A stretch of 32,000 nucleotides of DNA, taken from positions 45,765 to 77,764 of the forward strand of contig NZ_FZMO01000547.1 in assembly GCF_900197875.1 (NCBI RefSeq), read 5' to 3'. This document shows positions 8,494 to 16,934 of the stretch, piece by piece. Made by a program: the position numbers and the translations under genes. Source of the DNA: Frankia canadensis. GTDB taxonomy: Bacteria; Actinomycetota; Actinomycetes; Frankiales; Frankiaceae. The notes beneath the pieces were generated by a model. That model was given only the letters and a program-made list of their open reading frames with translations, did no database searches and was not told where the DNA came from. Position 1 is the stretch's first letter; each line of letters begins with the position of its first letter.

Positions 8494-9347
8494 CAACGCT
8501 CGTCACCGGCGCGACCGGAATCGTCGGCGCCCATCTGATGCGCGCGCTCACCGCCCTCGGCGACCGGCCGCGCGGTTTCGTCCGGGACCGGGAGGCGGCC
8601 ATCCGCGCCTGCGGGGCGGACGCGGACCTGGTCGTCGGGGACTTCGGCGACCTCGCGTCCGTGCGCGTCGCGCTGGAGGGGATCGATCAGGTCTTCCTGA
8701 CCTGCGGCAACCACCCGCGGCAGGTCGAGTGGGAGTCGAGCGTCGTCGACGCGGCGGTCTCGGCCGGCGTGCGGCGGATGGTGAAGCAGTCGGCGCTCGG
8801 CGCGGCGATCGGCTCGCCGGTCGCCTTCTTCGACGCGCACGCCCGCGTCGAGGAGCACCTGCGGGCCAGCGGCCTCCCCTTCGTGCTGCTTCGGCCGGCG
8901 TTCAAGATGTCGACCCTGCTGGCCGGCGCGCCGGGGGTGCGCCAGGCGGACAGGTTCTTCGCACCCGCGGCCGGCGCGAAGATCGCGATGATCGATCCGC
9001 GGGACATCGCCGACGTCGCCGCCGCCGTCCTGACGACCGACGGCCACGACGGGCGCGGCTACGAGCTCACCGGCCCGGAGCCGGTCACGTTCGACGACAT
9101 GGTCGCGGAGCTGTCCACCACGATCGGCCGGCCGATCGCGTTCGTGCCGGTCGGGGACACCGACGCGGTCACGCGGTTCATCGCCGCGGGCACCCCGCAA
9201 TGGATCGCGACGAACGCGGTCACCCAGTTCGGGTTGCTGCGCCAGGGCAGCCAGGCCCAGACGCGGGACACCGTCCGGGTGCTGACCGGACACGAGCCCC
9301 GCACCGTGGCCGCGTTCCTGCGCGATCACGCCAGCGCCTTCGCCTGA
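8490..9347 (+). CDS. NmrA-family / atypical SDR NAD(P)-binding protein
   Basis: N-terminal Rossmann motif MTTLVTGATGIVGAHL. The ATG at 8490 overlaps the upstream stop (ATGA, 8490-8493) and is preceded by GGGAGG. The track ORF 7194-9347 is an out-of-frame read-through of the upstream gene. Confidence 0.85.
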   Translation: MTTLVTGATGIVGAHLMRALTALGDRPRGFVRDREAAIRACGADADLVVGDFGDLASVRVALEGIDQVFLTCGNHPRQVEWESSVVDAAVSAGVRRMVKQSALGAAIGSPVAFFDAHARVEEHLRASGLPFVLLRPAFKMSTLLAGAPGVRQADRFFAPAAGAKIAMIDPRDIADVAAAVLTTDGHDGRGYELTGPEPVTFDDMVAELSTTIGRPIAFVPVGDTDAVTRFIAAGTPQWIATNAVTQFGLLRQGSQAQTRDTVRVLTGHEPRTVAAFLRDHASAFA

Positions 9348-9559
9348 CGCGCGCCGCGGCGGCGATCCGTGGGTGCTCCATCGCGGGTAGGTCACCAGGC
9401 GCTGGAACGATCGGATCGCCGCCGACGGTCATCCGCCGCCCGCGGGCAGGAGAGCCGGCCGGGTGAGGTCGGCGTCGTCGAGATCAGCGATGGCCGGCTC
9501 GAGACGTTGCTGGGCGCGCGCGACCCGAGGCAGCGCTGGGACGGGCGCGATGTCGTTCG

Positions 9560-10159
9560 TCAGGCGTTGAGACGGATGTGGCGAAGTTGGACGGCGAGTT
9601 GGCGGCCGTGCCGGGCGAGTCGCCAGGAGGTGTCGGGGGTAGGGGTGAATCCGGCGTGGTGGGCGATGTCGTCGGCGACGGCGGAGATGGACAGGGTGTC
9701 GGTGTGGAGATGGCGCGCGAAGGCGGGGGCACTCAGGACCTCGAGGGCACGGTCGAGGTTGCGGGCGCTGTAGCTGCGGGAGTTCTCCGCGCGCAGGTGG
9801 ATGCGGCGGGTCATCGTCGCGCGGTCAGCGAGGAGCGTGACGTGGTCGACCTGGTGTCCGGCGGCGCGGACCTGGGCTGTCAGGTCGGTGAGCAGGTCGG
9901 GATCGAGAATCGTCATCGGTGTGATGACGGGATTCTCGGGGCCCCGCAGGGCACGGAGAAGCATCTCGCCGACGGCACAGCGCCATTGCGGAATCTCGCG
10001 GAAGTCCGTGCGGCGGGCCTTCGGCAGCATGCGGCGCATCGCGAAGCCGAGATGTTCGGGGTCGCTGACGAAGCTGCCGGGTAGCCGGCGGTGCAGGTTG
10101 TGAGCGGCCTGGGTCTTCCCGACGGCGTTCGGCCCGTTGATCCAGATGAGGGTCGGCAC
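9560..10159 (-). CDS. P-loop ATPase resembling TmrB (tunicamycin-resistance ATP-binding protein)
   Basis: TLIWINGPNAVGKTQAAHNLHRRLPGSFVSDPEHLGFAMRRMLP... and the C-terminal ...LRHIRLNA resemble my recollection of B. subtilis TmrB (IWINGxFGxGKTxxAxxLxxRL ... LNHIRIK). The in-frame GTG at 10159 gives a protein of about 199 aa, the family-typical size. The sequence upstream in the ORF is Arg-rich noise. Confidence 0.7.
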   Translation of the reverse strand: MPTLIWINGPNAVGKTQAAHNLHRRLPGSFVSDPEHLGFAMRRMLPKARRTDFREIPQWRCAVGEMLLRALRGPENPVITPMTILDPDLLTDLTAQVRAAGHQVDHVTLLADRATMTRRIHLRAENSRSYSARNLDRALEVLSAPAFARHLHTDTLSISAVADDIAHHAGFTPTPDTSWRLARHGRQLAVQLRHIRLNA

Positions 10160-10674
10160 CGACCGAACATTAGGACGTGCGTGGAGTTGTGATCTTCGGC
10201 GATGTCGTCGCGGTGCCGGTGTTGGCCGCGTCTTGGCATGATCGCGGCGGTGCGTGTCGCATAATCTGGGCAGATCGGACACGTCACGTCGAATTAGCGA
10301 CACGCGGCCGCTGTCCCGCGCACGTTCTTCCCACCCGTGGGAAGCCCGCCCGATATGCCGCTTACGGGAACCGCCGACCCCGGCGTCGATCATGGCCGTT
10401 TCAGGTGGCGGTCACAGACGGCCTGGTCAGGCCGCTGATGCCCTGATCATCCCGTCGCGCCGTCAGCACGCGGTCTCGGCGCCGCGCGAGTCCGGACGTC
10501 TCCACGTCCACCACCGCACAGGGATGAGGGAAGAAGGAACTGAACGTCGACGAGGCCCCCGCAACCATGGTCACCGCGGACCTGTGACGCGGCAATCACA
10601 CCAGACGGGCCTCGCGGTTCACATGAATCGCACAAGAACGGCGCAGGCCAACGGTGACGGCGCAATTCCCGGGG

Positions 10675-12144
10675 TCAGTGGGACGCGGCGGCGGGGCGGT
10701 CCGGGCGGGTGGCGAGGAGGATGGTGGCCACGAGCAGGAGCGGGCCGCAGATCAGGAGGCCGGCGGGTGGGCTGACGAGAGTCCACAGGCCGCCGGCGGT
10801 GACGGTGGCGAAGATTCGTCCGGCGTTCTGCAGACCGGTCAGGGCGCTGAGCGCGGGCCAGCGGCGTTCCGGCGGGACGAGACGGGCGAGGCCCGCGTAC
10901 TCGGCGGCGTCCACGGCCCCCGCCGCCGCGCCGGCGAGCACGAAGCAGCCGATCATCAGGGCCAGGTCGCCGCGTGCGGCGGCCGCGAAGCCGGCGTAGG
11001 CGATCAGCAGGGCGGCGGCGCCGGTCGCGACCACGACGGCGGCGCCGAGGCGGTCCACGACCCGTCCCGCCCAGAAGGCGCAGGCGGCGGCGCTCACCTG
11101 GTAGACGACGTAGAGCAGCGCCACAGCCTGCAGCCGGCTCAGCGGGCCCGCGCCGCCGGGCAGGATCTTCGTTGCCCGCAGCAGGAGCAGCGCGGCGGCG
11201 ATGTTCGCCGCCTCGTACAGGGCGACCCCGAGCAGTAGCCGTCCCAGCGGCCCCGACCTGCGTAGCTCCGCCACTATCGACCGGGCGGACGGCCGCCCCG
11301 CCGCCCCCGCCGCCCCCGTCTCCCCAGGCGCGCCAGCGCCAGCACCAGCACCAGCACCAGGAGCGGATCGGGCCGCGCGGGCGCCATACGCGCTGGCCAG
11401 ACCGGCCACCACCGCGGGGACGACCGCCAGCAGCAGAACGGTGCGCACGCTCGCGAACGCCAGCAGCGCCACCGCGATCAGCGGACCGATGGCCGCGACG
11501 AGCGCGTCATAGGCCCGTTCGACGCCCAGACGCCGCCCGGCCCGCCCGGCCAGCGCCTGATCGCTCACCGGTCGCAGCGTCGTCGGCGTGCCCATGCCGC
11601 GAGCCACCCACGAGCCGGCGCGGCAGGCCCCGGCCTGCCAGATGGCCGAGCTGCCGGCGAGGAACACCGCGGCCAGCGCCGCACCGCCATATCCCACGAC
11701 GTCGAGCAGCCCACGGACGCCCGGCCGCCGCCTTGCGACTCCGGAACCGCCGAACCGCGCGGCCGTCCCACCCGCGCGGCCCGCCGCCTCCACTCCGGCG
11801 ATCACGACCGGGGCGGCGCCCAGCGTCCCGGCGAAGAACGGCGCGAGCACGGCGGTCGTGCTCTCCTGCCCGACCGAGGACAGCAGGTTGGACAACCGTG
11901 CCCAGGTGAAATACGGCGCCCCTGCCGGGTCCTGTTCACCGCCGGCGGTGTCAGCGCCCCGCCTTGCGCCTTCGGACGCGTCTGGTTCGTCTTCGGACGC
12001 GCCGGGAAGGACGCGCACCACGACGTGATCGGTACCGCCACCCCCCGTGGCGTCCACGCCTGGCGTCGACACCGCGCCATCGTAGGGCAAACATGCAGGT
12101 CCTGGGACACGAACTCCCACAACCACCCGCAGCGCCAGCTCCAC
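10675..12144 (-). CDS. MFS transporter (12-TMS type); start uncertain
   Basis: Hydrophobic helices run throughout, with a central cytoplasmic loop (GAGAGAGAGAPGETGAAGAAG) and an MFS-like C-terminal half (LLLGVALYEAANIAAALLLL..., FWAGRVVDRLG). The first ~40 codons look non-coding, and in-frame GTGs at 12021 and 12018 are alternative starts. Confidence 0.7.
   Translation of the reverse strand: MELALRVVVGVRVPGPACLPYDGAVSTPGVDATGGGGTDHVVVRVLPGASEDEPDASEGARRGADTAGGEQDPAGAPYFTWARLSNLLSSVGQESTTAVLAPFFAGTLGAAPVVIAGVEAAGRAGGTAARFGGSGVARRRPGVRGLLDVVGYGGAALAAVFLAGSSAIWQAGACRAGSWVARGMGTPTTLRPVSDQALAGRAGRRLGVERAYDALVAAIGPLIAVALLAFASVRTVLLLAVVPAVVAGLASAYGARAARSAPGAGAGAGAGAPGETGAAGAAGRPSARSIVAELRRSGPLGRLLLGVALYEAANIAAALLLLRATKILPGGAGPLSRLQAVALLYVVYQVSAAACAFWAGRVVDRLGAAVVVATGAAALLIAYAGFAAAARGDLALMIGCFVLAGAAAGAVDAAEYAGLARLVPPERRWPALSALTGLQNAGRIFATVTAGGLWTLVSPPAGLLICGPLLLVATILLATRPDRPAAASH
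11330..11359. repeat. Hexanucleotide microsatellite (GCGCCA)2(GCACCA)3 encoding (Gly-Ala)5 in the MFS central loop
   Basis: Read directly: gcgccagcgccagcaccagcaccagcacca. Confidence 0.8.
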
Positions 12145-12249
12145 GCCCGAACGGCGGCCGTTACACCGCCAGCATCCGGCGGATCACCAGCGACGGCAGC
12201 CCGCACAGCGACGGCAGCCGAGGGGTCACAGGGGCCGACGATCCGGGCG

Positions 12250-12888
12250 TCACAGGTCGGCGCAGGCCACCCGCTTGTCCAGGGCGCCGACGGGATGGAT
12301 GACCACCGATCGGGCGGCGTCGGTCACCGGGCGGTTGTTGGTGACGGTCGCTCGGACGCCGCCGACGGAGTCGGTGTCGAGCGTCAGATGCACCTCGTTG
12401 GGCGCAACGGCCGGACCGTGCGGGTCGAACCTGAAGTGCGGTCCGCCGTTGTCCACCGCACACGGCTGCGCGTGCAGGTGAGCGATGTAGTGCGCGCCCG
12501 GCGCCAGGCCGGTCGCGGACACGGTGAGGGTGGTTCCGGCGGTCGGGTCAATGGCCAGCCAGGCGGTGCCCCTGACCCCGTCCAGCCCTGACGGCCGGGT
12601 GTTCAGCAGGACGAACGTCGACGACCGCGCCCCGGGGATCCGATCGGCCGGGGTCGCCGACGGGTCGAGCATCGTCGCGCTCATGGCCGGACCGGTCGCC
12701 CCCGCGCCTGCCCCCGTCCCCGTCGTCCCTGTCATCGCCGTCATCGACGCGCTCGGCGTGGCCGGCGCCGCCGGGGACGCGGCGGCACCGGTGACGTCGT
12801 TCCCGCAGCCGGCCGCCAGCGCGCCGACCAGTACCAGGCCGGCGGCCACGCCCACGCGCAGAAATCGTCGCCTGAGACCGAGAACCAT
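12250..12888 (-). CDS. Cu/Zn-superoxide-dismutase-family lipoprotein
   Basis: Signal peptide with lipobox LAAGC (MVLGLRRRFLRVGVAAGLVLVGALAAGCG). SodC-like motifs HYIAHLHAQPC, GGPHF and SVVIHPVGALDKRVACADL are present. AGGAGA ribosome-binding site upstream. Confidence 0.7.
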   Translation of the reverse strand: MVLGLRRRFLRVGVAAGLVLVGALAAGCGNDVTGAAASPAAPATPSASMTAMTGTTGTGAGAGATGPAMSATMLDPSATPADRIPGARSSTFVLLNTRPSGLDGVRGTAWLAIDPTAGTTLTVSATGLAPGAHYIAHLHAQPCAVDNGGPHFRFDPHGPAVAPNEVHLTLDTDSVGGVRATVTNNRPVTDAARSVVIHPVGALDKRVACADL

Positions 12889-13081
12889 GAAAATCTTCTC
12901 CTGACGGACAAAGCGCGGATAGCTCGTATCTTCTCCATCGCATCACGAACCGACCGACACCGTCGCTCGCGAGACCTGACCACCACCCGACACCCCGACG
13001 CCCCGACGCCTGTGTCCTGGACCACCTCGACTGGGCACTCGGCGGGCTCGCGGACGTGCCAGAGCCGCCGGGTTCCCTCTT

Positions 13082-13813
13082 TCAGGCAGCGGTGGCGACG
13101 AACGTGGCCTGCGTGACGGCGCGGGTGGACAGCGGGCCGGTGACGTCGCCGACCAGGACGGTCCAGCTGCTGGTGGCCTTGTCGATGCCGCCGGTGGACG
13201 AGTCCGGGAGCGCCCACACGATGTCGTCCGCGCCGCAGGAGTAGTAGCCGACCAGGTCCGGATGGCCCCGCGGGGCGCCCCAGGCGCCGCCGTCGCGCAG
13301 CCGGCAGCGCTCGCCGTCGGCCAGGAGCAGGCCGAGCGGGACAGGATTGCGCGGCGGGTCGACCTTGGCGACGAGCGCCTGGGCCGTCAGCGCGGTGAGC
13401 ACGGTCGAGAACGGGTCACGCAGGCACAGCATGCGGCGGGGCTGGGGCGTCGGCCAGCACACGTCAGCGGCGGCGGCGCTCGGCGAGCAGTAGTAGACGT
13501 CGCCGCTGACACTGGCCGGCGACGGGTAGGCCTGCCGGGTGTCTCCACAGTCGATCTGTGCGCCGGGGCCGCTCTCCCCCTCCTCGACGCTCCACCCGCG
13601 CGTCACGTTCCAGTGCTGATCGACCGGAGTCACGGTGACCCGCCGGGTAGCCACGCCCGTCGACGCAACCACCTGCCCGCCAGGCCCGACGCCGGCGCAG
13701 CCGCCGAGCGCCGCCACCACCATGGCCACCACGGCGGCGACGGCGGCGCCTACGATGCTGCTCCCCCGCCGGCGAGCACCGCGCTCGCGCCGGCCCGTCC
13801 CGACTGCTTCCAC
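13082..13813 (-). CDS. Putative lipoprotein, Cys-rich, unknown function
   Basis: Lipobox ALGGC follows a hydrophobic h-region, and the mature part carries 8 Cys. Codon bias is coherent, but I recognise no family. Confidence 0.55.
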   Translation of the reverse strand: MEAVGTGRRERGARRRGSSIVGAAVAAVVAMVVAALGGCAGVGPGGQVVASTGVATRRVTVTPVDQHWNVTRGWSVEEGESGPGAQIDCGDTRQAYPSPASVSGDVYYCSPSAAAADVCWPTPQPRRMLCLRDPFSTVLTALTAQALVAKVDPPRNPVPLGLLLADGERCRLRDGGAWGAPRGHPDLVGYYSCGADDIVWALPDSSTGGIDKATSSWTVLVGDVTGPLSTRAVTQATFVATAA

Positions 13814-13927
13814 GTCCGCCTCCCGGGAAGGTCCCGCGACACCGTCAGGCGACCTGACAAGCGGACGGTAGTCGCCCAGTGCCTGCGTCCGTCCGCGCTG
13901 TCCGGCAAACGACGGACGGCTGGGATC

Positions 13928-13966
13928 CGTCCGTCAGGGGACCCGTCCGTCAGGGGACCCGTCGTC
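13928..13966. repeat. 16-bp tandem repeat (CGTCCGTCAGGGGACC), 2 full copies plus a partial
   Basis: Copies at 13928-13943 and 13944-13959 are identical, with a partial copy at 13960-13966. The desaturase stop codon (13950-13952, minus strand) lies inside copy 2. Confidence 0.85.
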
Positions 13967-14963
13967 TGGCCCGCAGGCGGGTCGGGTCGGGCCAGCGGAC
14001 GCGGGTGGCCCACCCGAGGCGTTCGAACAGACGGATGATCGCCGCGCTGCTGTCGACCTGCCCGGGCTCGGCTCCGTGGCGCGCGCTGGTGGGATCGGCA
14101 TGGTGGTAGTTGTGCCAGGACTCGCCCATCGAGAGCATGGCCAGCGGCCAGACGTTCGTCGCCCTGTCCCTGCTGGCGTACGGCCGGCTGCCGACCACAT
14201 GGCAGACCGAGTTGATCGAGAAGGTGACGTGGTGGATCAGGAAGATCCGGACCAGTCCCGCCCACAACAGGGCGGTCCACGCGCCGTGCCAGGTGAACCC
14301 GCTCAGCGCCCAGCCGAGCAGGCCGGGTAGCGCGACGCTCGACAGCGCCCACACCGGGAACAGGCGGTCGACCCGGACAAGGTCGGCGTCGGCGAGCAGG
14401 TCGGGAGCGTAGCGGCTGGTGAAGGTCTTGTGCCGGTCGAACAGCCAGCCGGTGTGCGACCACCACAGGCCTTTCGTGAGCGCCCAGGGGGAGGCGCCGT
14501 AGCGCCACGGGGAGTGCGGATCGCCGTCCGCGTCGGAGAAAGCATGGTGCTTGCGATGGTCGGCGACCCAGCAGATCACCGAGCCCTCGAGGGCCATCGA
14601 GCCGGCGATCGCCAGACCGATCCGCAACGGTCGCGTCGCGGTGAAGGAGCGGTGGGTGAACAGCCGGTGGTACCCGATCGTCACGCCGTGCCCGGTGACG
14701 GCGTAGAACACGACGAACAGCACGGCGTCGACGACCGAGACCCCCGAGACCGTCGTGGCGTACCACAGGCCGACCGCCGCGGCGGCGAACGGCCCGATGA
14801 TGAACACGTACAGCAGGACCTGCGCCCACAGCGGACGAATGTCGGGCTGACGCCGGCTGTCGGCCGTGCTGGGCTCGTCGAGCACGATCCCGGACGGCGC
14901 GCGGGCATGCTCCTCGCTCGGTCTCGACCGCCCGGGGTCGGCGGCGGGTCGCTCCAGGTTCAT
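13950..14963 (-). CDS. Membrane acyl-CoA (stearoyl-CoA type, DesA3-like) fatty-acid desaturase
   Basis: The three His boxes of the family are present: GYHRLFTH, ADHRKHHAFSD and SWHNYHHA. ATG at 14963 (MNLERP...) follows GAGAGG. The upstream part of the track ORF is Arg/Pro-rich noise. Confidence 0.85.
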   Translation of the reverse strand: MNLERPAADPGRSRPSEEHARAPSGIVLDEPSTADSRRQPDIRPLWAQVLLYVFIIGPFAAAAVGLWYATTVSGVSVVDAVLFVVFYAVTGHGVTIGYHRLFTHRSFTATRPLRIGLAIAGSMALEGSVICWVADHRKHHAFSDADGDPHSPWRYGASPWALTKGLWWSHTGWLFDRHKTFTSRYAPDLLADADLVRVDRLFPVWALSSVALPGLLGWALSGFTWHGAWTALLWAGLVRIFLIHHVTFSINSVCHVVGSRPYASRDRATNVWPLAMLSMGESWHNYHHADPTSARHGAEPGQVDSSAAIIRLFERLGWATRVRWPDPTRLRARRRVP

Positions 14964-15224
14964 CTCGGATCCTCTCGGGCGGCTGGCCACCAGGTCGATG
15001 TCTCGGGGGGGCATCCTCCCCGAGGCTCCATGCCCATCCCGTGTGCTCGACACCCGAAGTCCCAAGCCGGACAGCCCAATTCCTTGTATAGGGGACATGT
15101 CGCCGCGGGAGAACCACACGCGGCGAGCCCCGCCGGGGCTGCGTCGCCAGGACGGTGGAGCAGACGGTGTGGCCCGGGGTCCCGGCCGCGGGTGTGAGCA
15201 AGGTGACCGCGTACCGTCGCCGGT

Positions 15225-16259
15225 GTGTTGATCGCCGCTCTGGCCGCCTTCGCCTGCGCGCTGTGCTACGGGGTCGGCGCCGTGCTCCAGTCTGTCGGCG
15301 CGGCCCGGACGGCACCGGCCTCCGCGGCGGGTGCCGGGCCTGGCGGGAGCGGGGGCGGGGGCGGAGTCACCGAGGCGCTCAGCCCCTCGGCGCTGGCCCG
15401 GCTGGCCGTCCAACTGCCCTACCTGGCCGGGCTGGGCCTGGACCTGCTGGGTTGGCTACTGTCGCTGCTCGCCGTGCGTGGGCTGCCGCTGTTCGCGGTC
15501 CAGGCCATCCTGTCCGGCTCGGTCGGGGTGACGGCGGTGCTCGCCGTGACCACGCTCGGCGTCCGGCTACCCCGGCGAGAGGTGGTCGCCCTCGCCGTCC
15601 TCGGTGCCGGGATGGTGCTGCTGGCGCTGACCGCGCGGCCGGGACGGGCGCATCCCGCCTCGAGCGGCGTCTCCTGGGGGATCGCCGCTGGGGTTGTGGT
15701 GATCGTCGCGCTGATCGGGCCGGCCCTGCGAGCCGGTCAGGGTCGAGCCGGCACCGGAATCGCCGGGCCGGGACGAGCAGGGCCAGAGGCGGCTGGGCAA
15801 GCACAGGCCGGGCGGGACCGGGCGGGCGCCGCGCTCGGGCTGCTGTCCGGGCTGGCGTTCGGCGGGACGGCGCTGTGCGCGCGGCTGATCGAGACCAGGC
15901 CGTGGGCAGACGTGCTGACCGACCCCGCGACCTGGGCGCTGCTGGCCTACGGCGGGTTGGGCCTCGCCCTGTTCGCCATCGCGCTGCAGCGCGGGGCGGT
16001 CACGACCGCGATGGCCGGCCAGTGCGCCGGCGAGACGCTGCTTCCGGCCCTGGCGGGCACCCTGCTGCTCGGCGACGGTGCCCGGTCCGGCCTCGCCCCA
16101 CTGGCCGGCGCCGGCTTCCTCATGGCCGTCATCGCCGCGTTCACCTTGATCACCGGCGGCGCCGGCGATGTCGACACGCACCTCGGCGCCGCGGCTCCCG
16201 GCGCCGGCGACGCCGCAATGGACAATCGCGGTCCCGACCAGGCGCACAGCGGCAGATAG
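15225..16259 (+). CDS. Polytopic integral membrane protein (DMT/EamA-like architecture)
   Basis: Two blocks of about 4-5 hydrophobic helices are separated by a Gly/Ala/Arg-rich loop. Third-position codon bias is good. The family assignment is tentative. Confidence 0.55.
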   Translation: MLIAALAAFACALCYGVGAVLQSVGAARTAPASAAGAGPGGSGGGGGVTEALSPSALARLAVQLPYLAGLGLDLLGWLLSLLAVRGLPLFAVQAILSGSVGVTAVLAVTTLGVRLPRREVVALAVLGAGMVLLALTARPGRAHPASSGVSWGIAAGVVVIVALIGPALRAGQGRAGTGIAGPGRAGPEAAGQAQAGRDRAGAALGLLSGLAFGGTALCARLIETRPWADVLTDPATWALLAYGGLGLALFAIALQRGAVTTAMAGQCAGETLLPALAGTLLLGDGARSGLAPLAGAGFLMAVIAAFTLITGGAGDVDTHLGAAAPGAGDAAMDNRGPDQAHSGR

Positions 16260-16321
16260 AACCTGCACGGCGAACACAATGACCGGCCCCGCTCAACCCG
16301 GCATCACCCACCCGGACTCCG

Positions 16322-16834
16322 TTACTCGTCCACTGCCGGCTCTGGGGAATCGCCGAAGATGCCGTTGCAGAGCAACAGGTAGAACCGGTCGGGCCGAGGG
16401 ACGTGATCGATGCTCTCCAGCTGGTTCTTGTGATCACCCTCGGTCTCCAGGGAGAACTTCCCGTAACCAATAGCCCGGCCGGTCGGGTCGAGGTCATAGG
16501 AGAGGTCCGTGATCTTCGACAGCGGAAGGCTCTGAACTCTGACCGAGATGATCCCGGACACCTTGACGAGCCGCGAACTCGTGATCAACAGGCGGGTCCG
16601 GTGCCAGCCGAGCAGGTGCCACATCAGCCGGGCGACGACCACCAGGACGGCGCACCACAGAAGCATCAGCAGGAAGCGCGCGCCGATACCATGGACGGCG
16701 ACGTAGACGGAGATCGCCACGGCACCGACAAGGGCGGCCGCCGCTTCGAGCAGGACTCGGACCAGCACCACCCAGTGCAGCCGGATCTCAAAAATGATCT
16801 GCTCATTGACAGCCACATAACGGGTGCAACGCAT
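16322..16834 (-). CDS. Bacterial PH-domain (bPH_2 / YdbS-YdbT-like, DUF304) membrane protein
   Basis: Two N-terminal TM helices are followed by TRLLITSSRLVKVSGIISVRVQSLPLSKITDLSYDLDPTGRAIGYGKFSLETEG, the typical bPH_2 pattern. Start is ATG 16834, with an alternative ATG at 16870. It lies directly downstream of murF on the same strand. Confidence 0.65.
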   Translation of the reverse strand: MRCTRYVAVNEQIIFEIRLHWVVLVRVLLEAAAALVGAVAISVYVAVHGIGARFLLMLLWCAVLVVVARLMWHLLGWHRTRLLITSSRLVKVSGIISVRVQSLPLSKITDLSYDLDPTGRAIGYGKFSLETEGDHKNQLESIDHVPRPDRFYLLLCNGIFGDSPEPAVDE

Positions 16835-16934
16835 ACCGAATCCCCCCGGGTCCGATATGAATGATCGCATATCTCGCCACAGGTCGACCAGGGTGCGCGT
16901 GCCCGAGGAGCGACGAGGACGTCACCCCGGCAGC

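Noticed and set aside
9400-9560. Minus-strand frame reading ...PRVARAQQRLEPAIADLDDADLTRPALLPAGGG*, reminiscent of the N-terminus of DinB/mycothiol-dependent maleylpyruvate-isomerase-family proteins
   Set aside because: The resemblance covers only about 15 residues. The frame has no plausible start, would overlap the TmrB-like gene end, and stops where the family's conserved PGW...H motif should follow. The evidence is too weak even for a pseudogene call.
15061-15120. TTGTAT/TATACA-containing AT-richer patch between the desaturase and the DMT-like gene, considered as a promoter
   Set aside because: I could not pair it with a convincing -35 element on either strand at 16-19 nt spacing.
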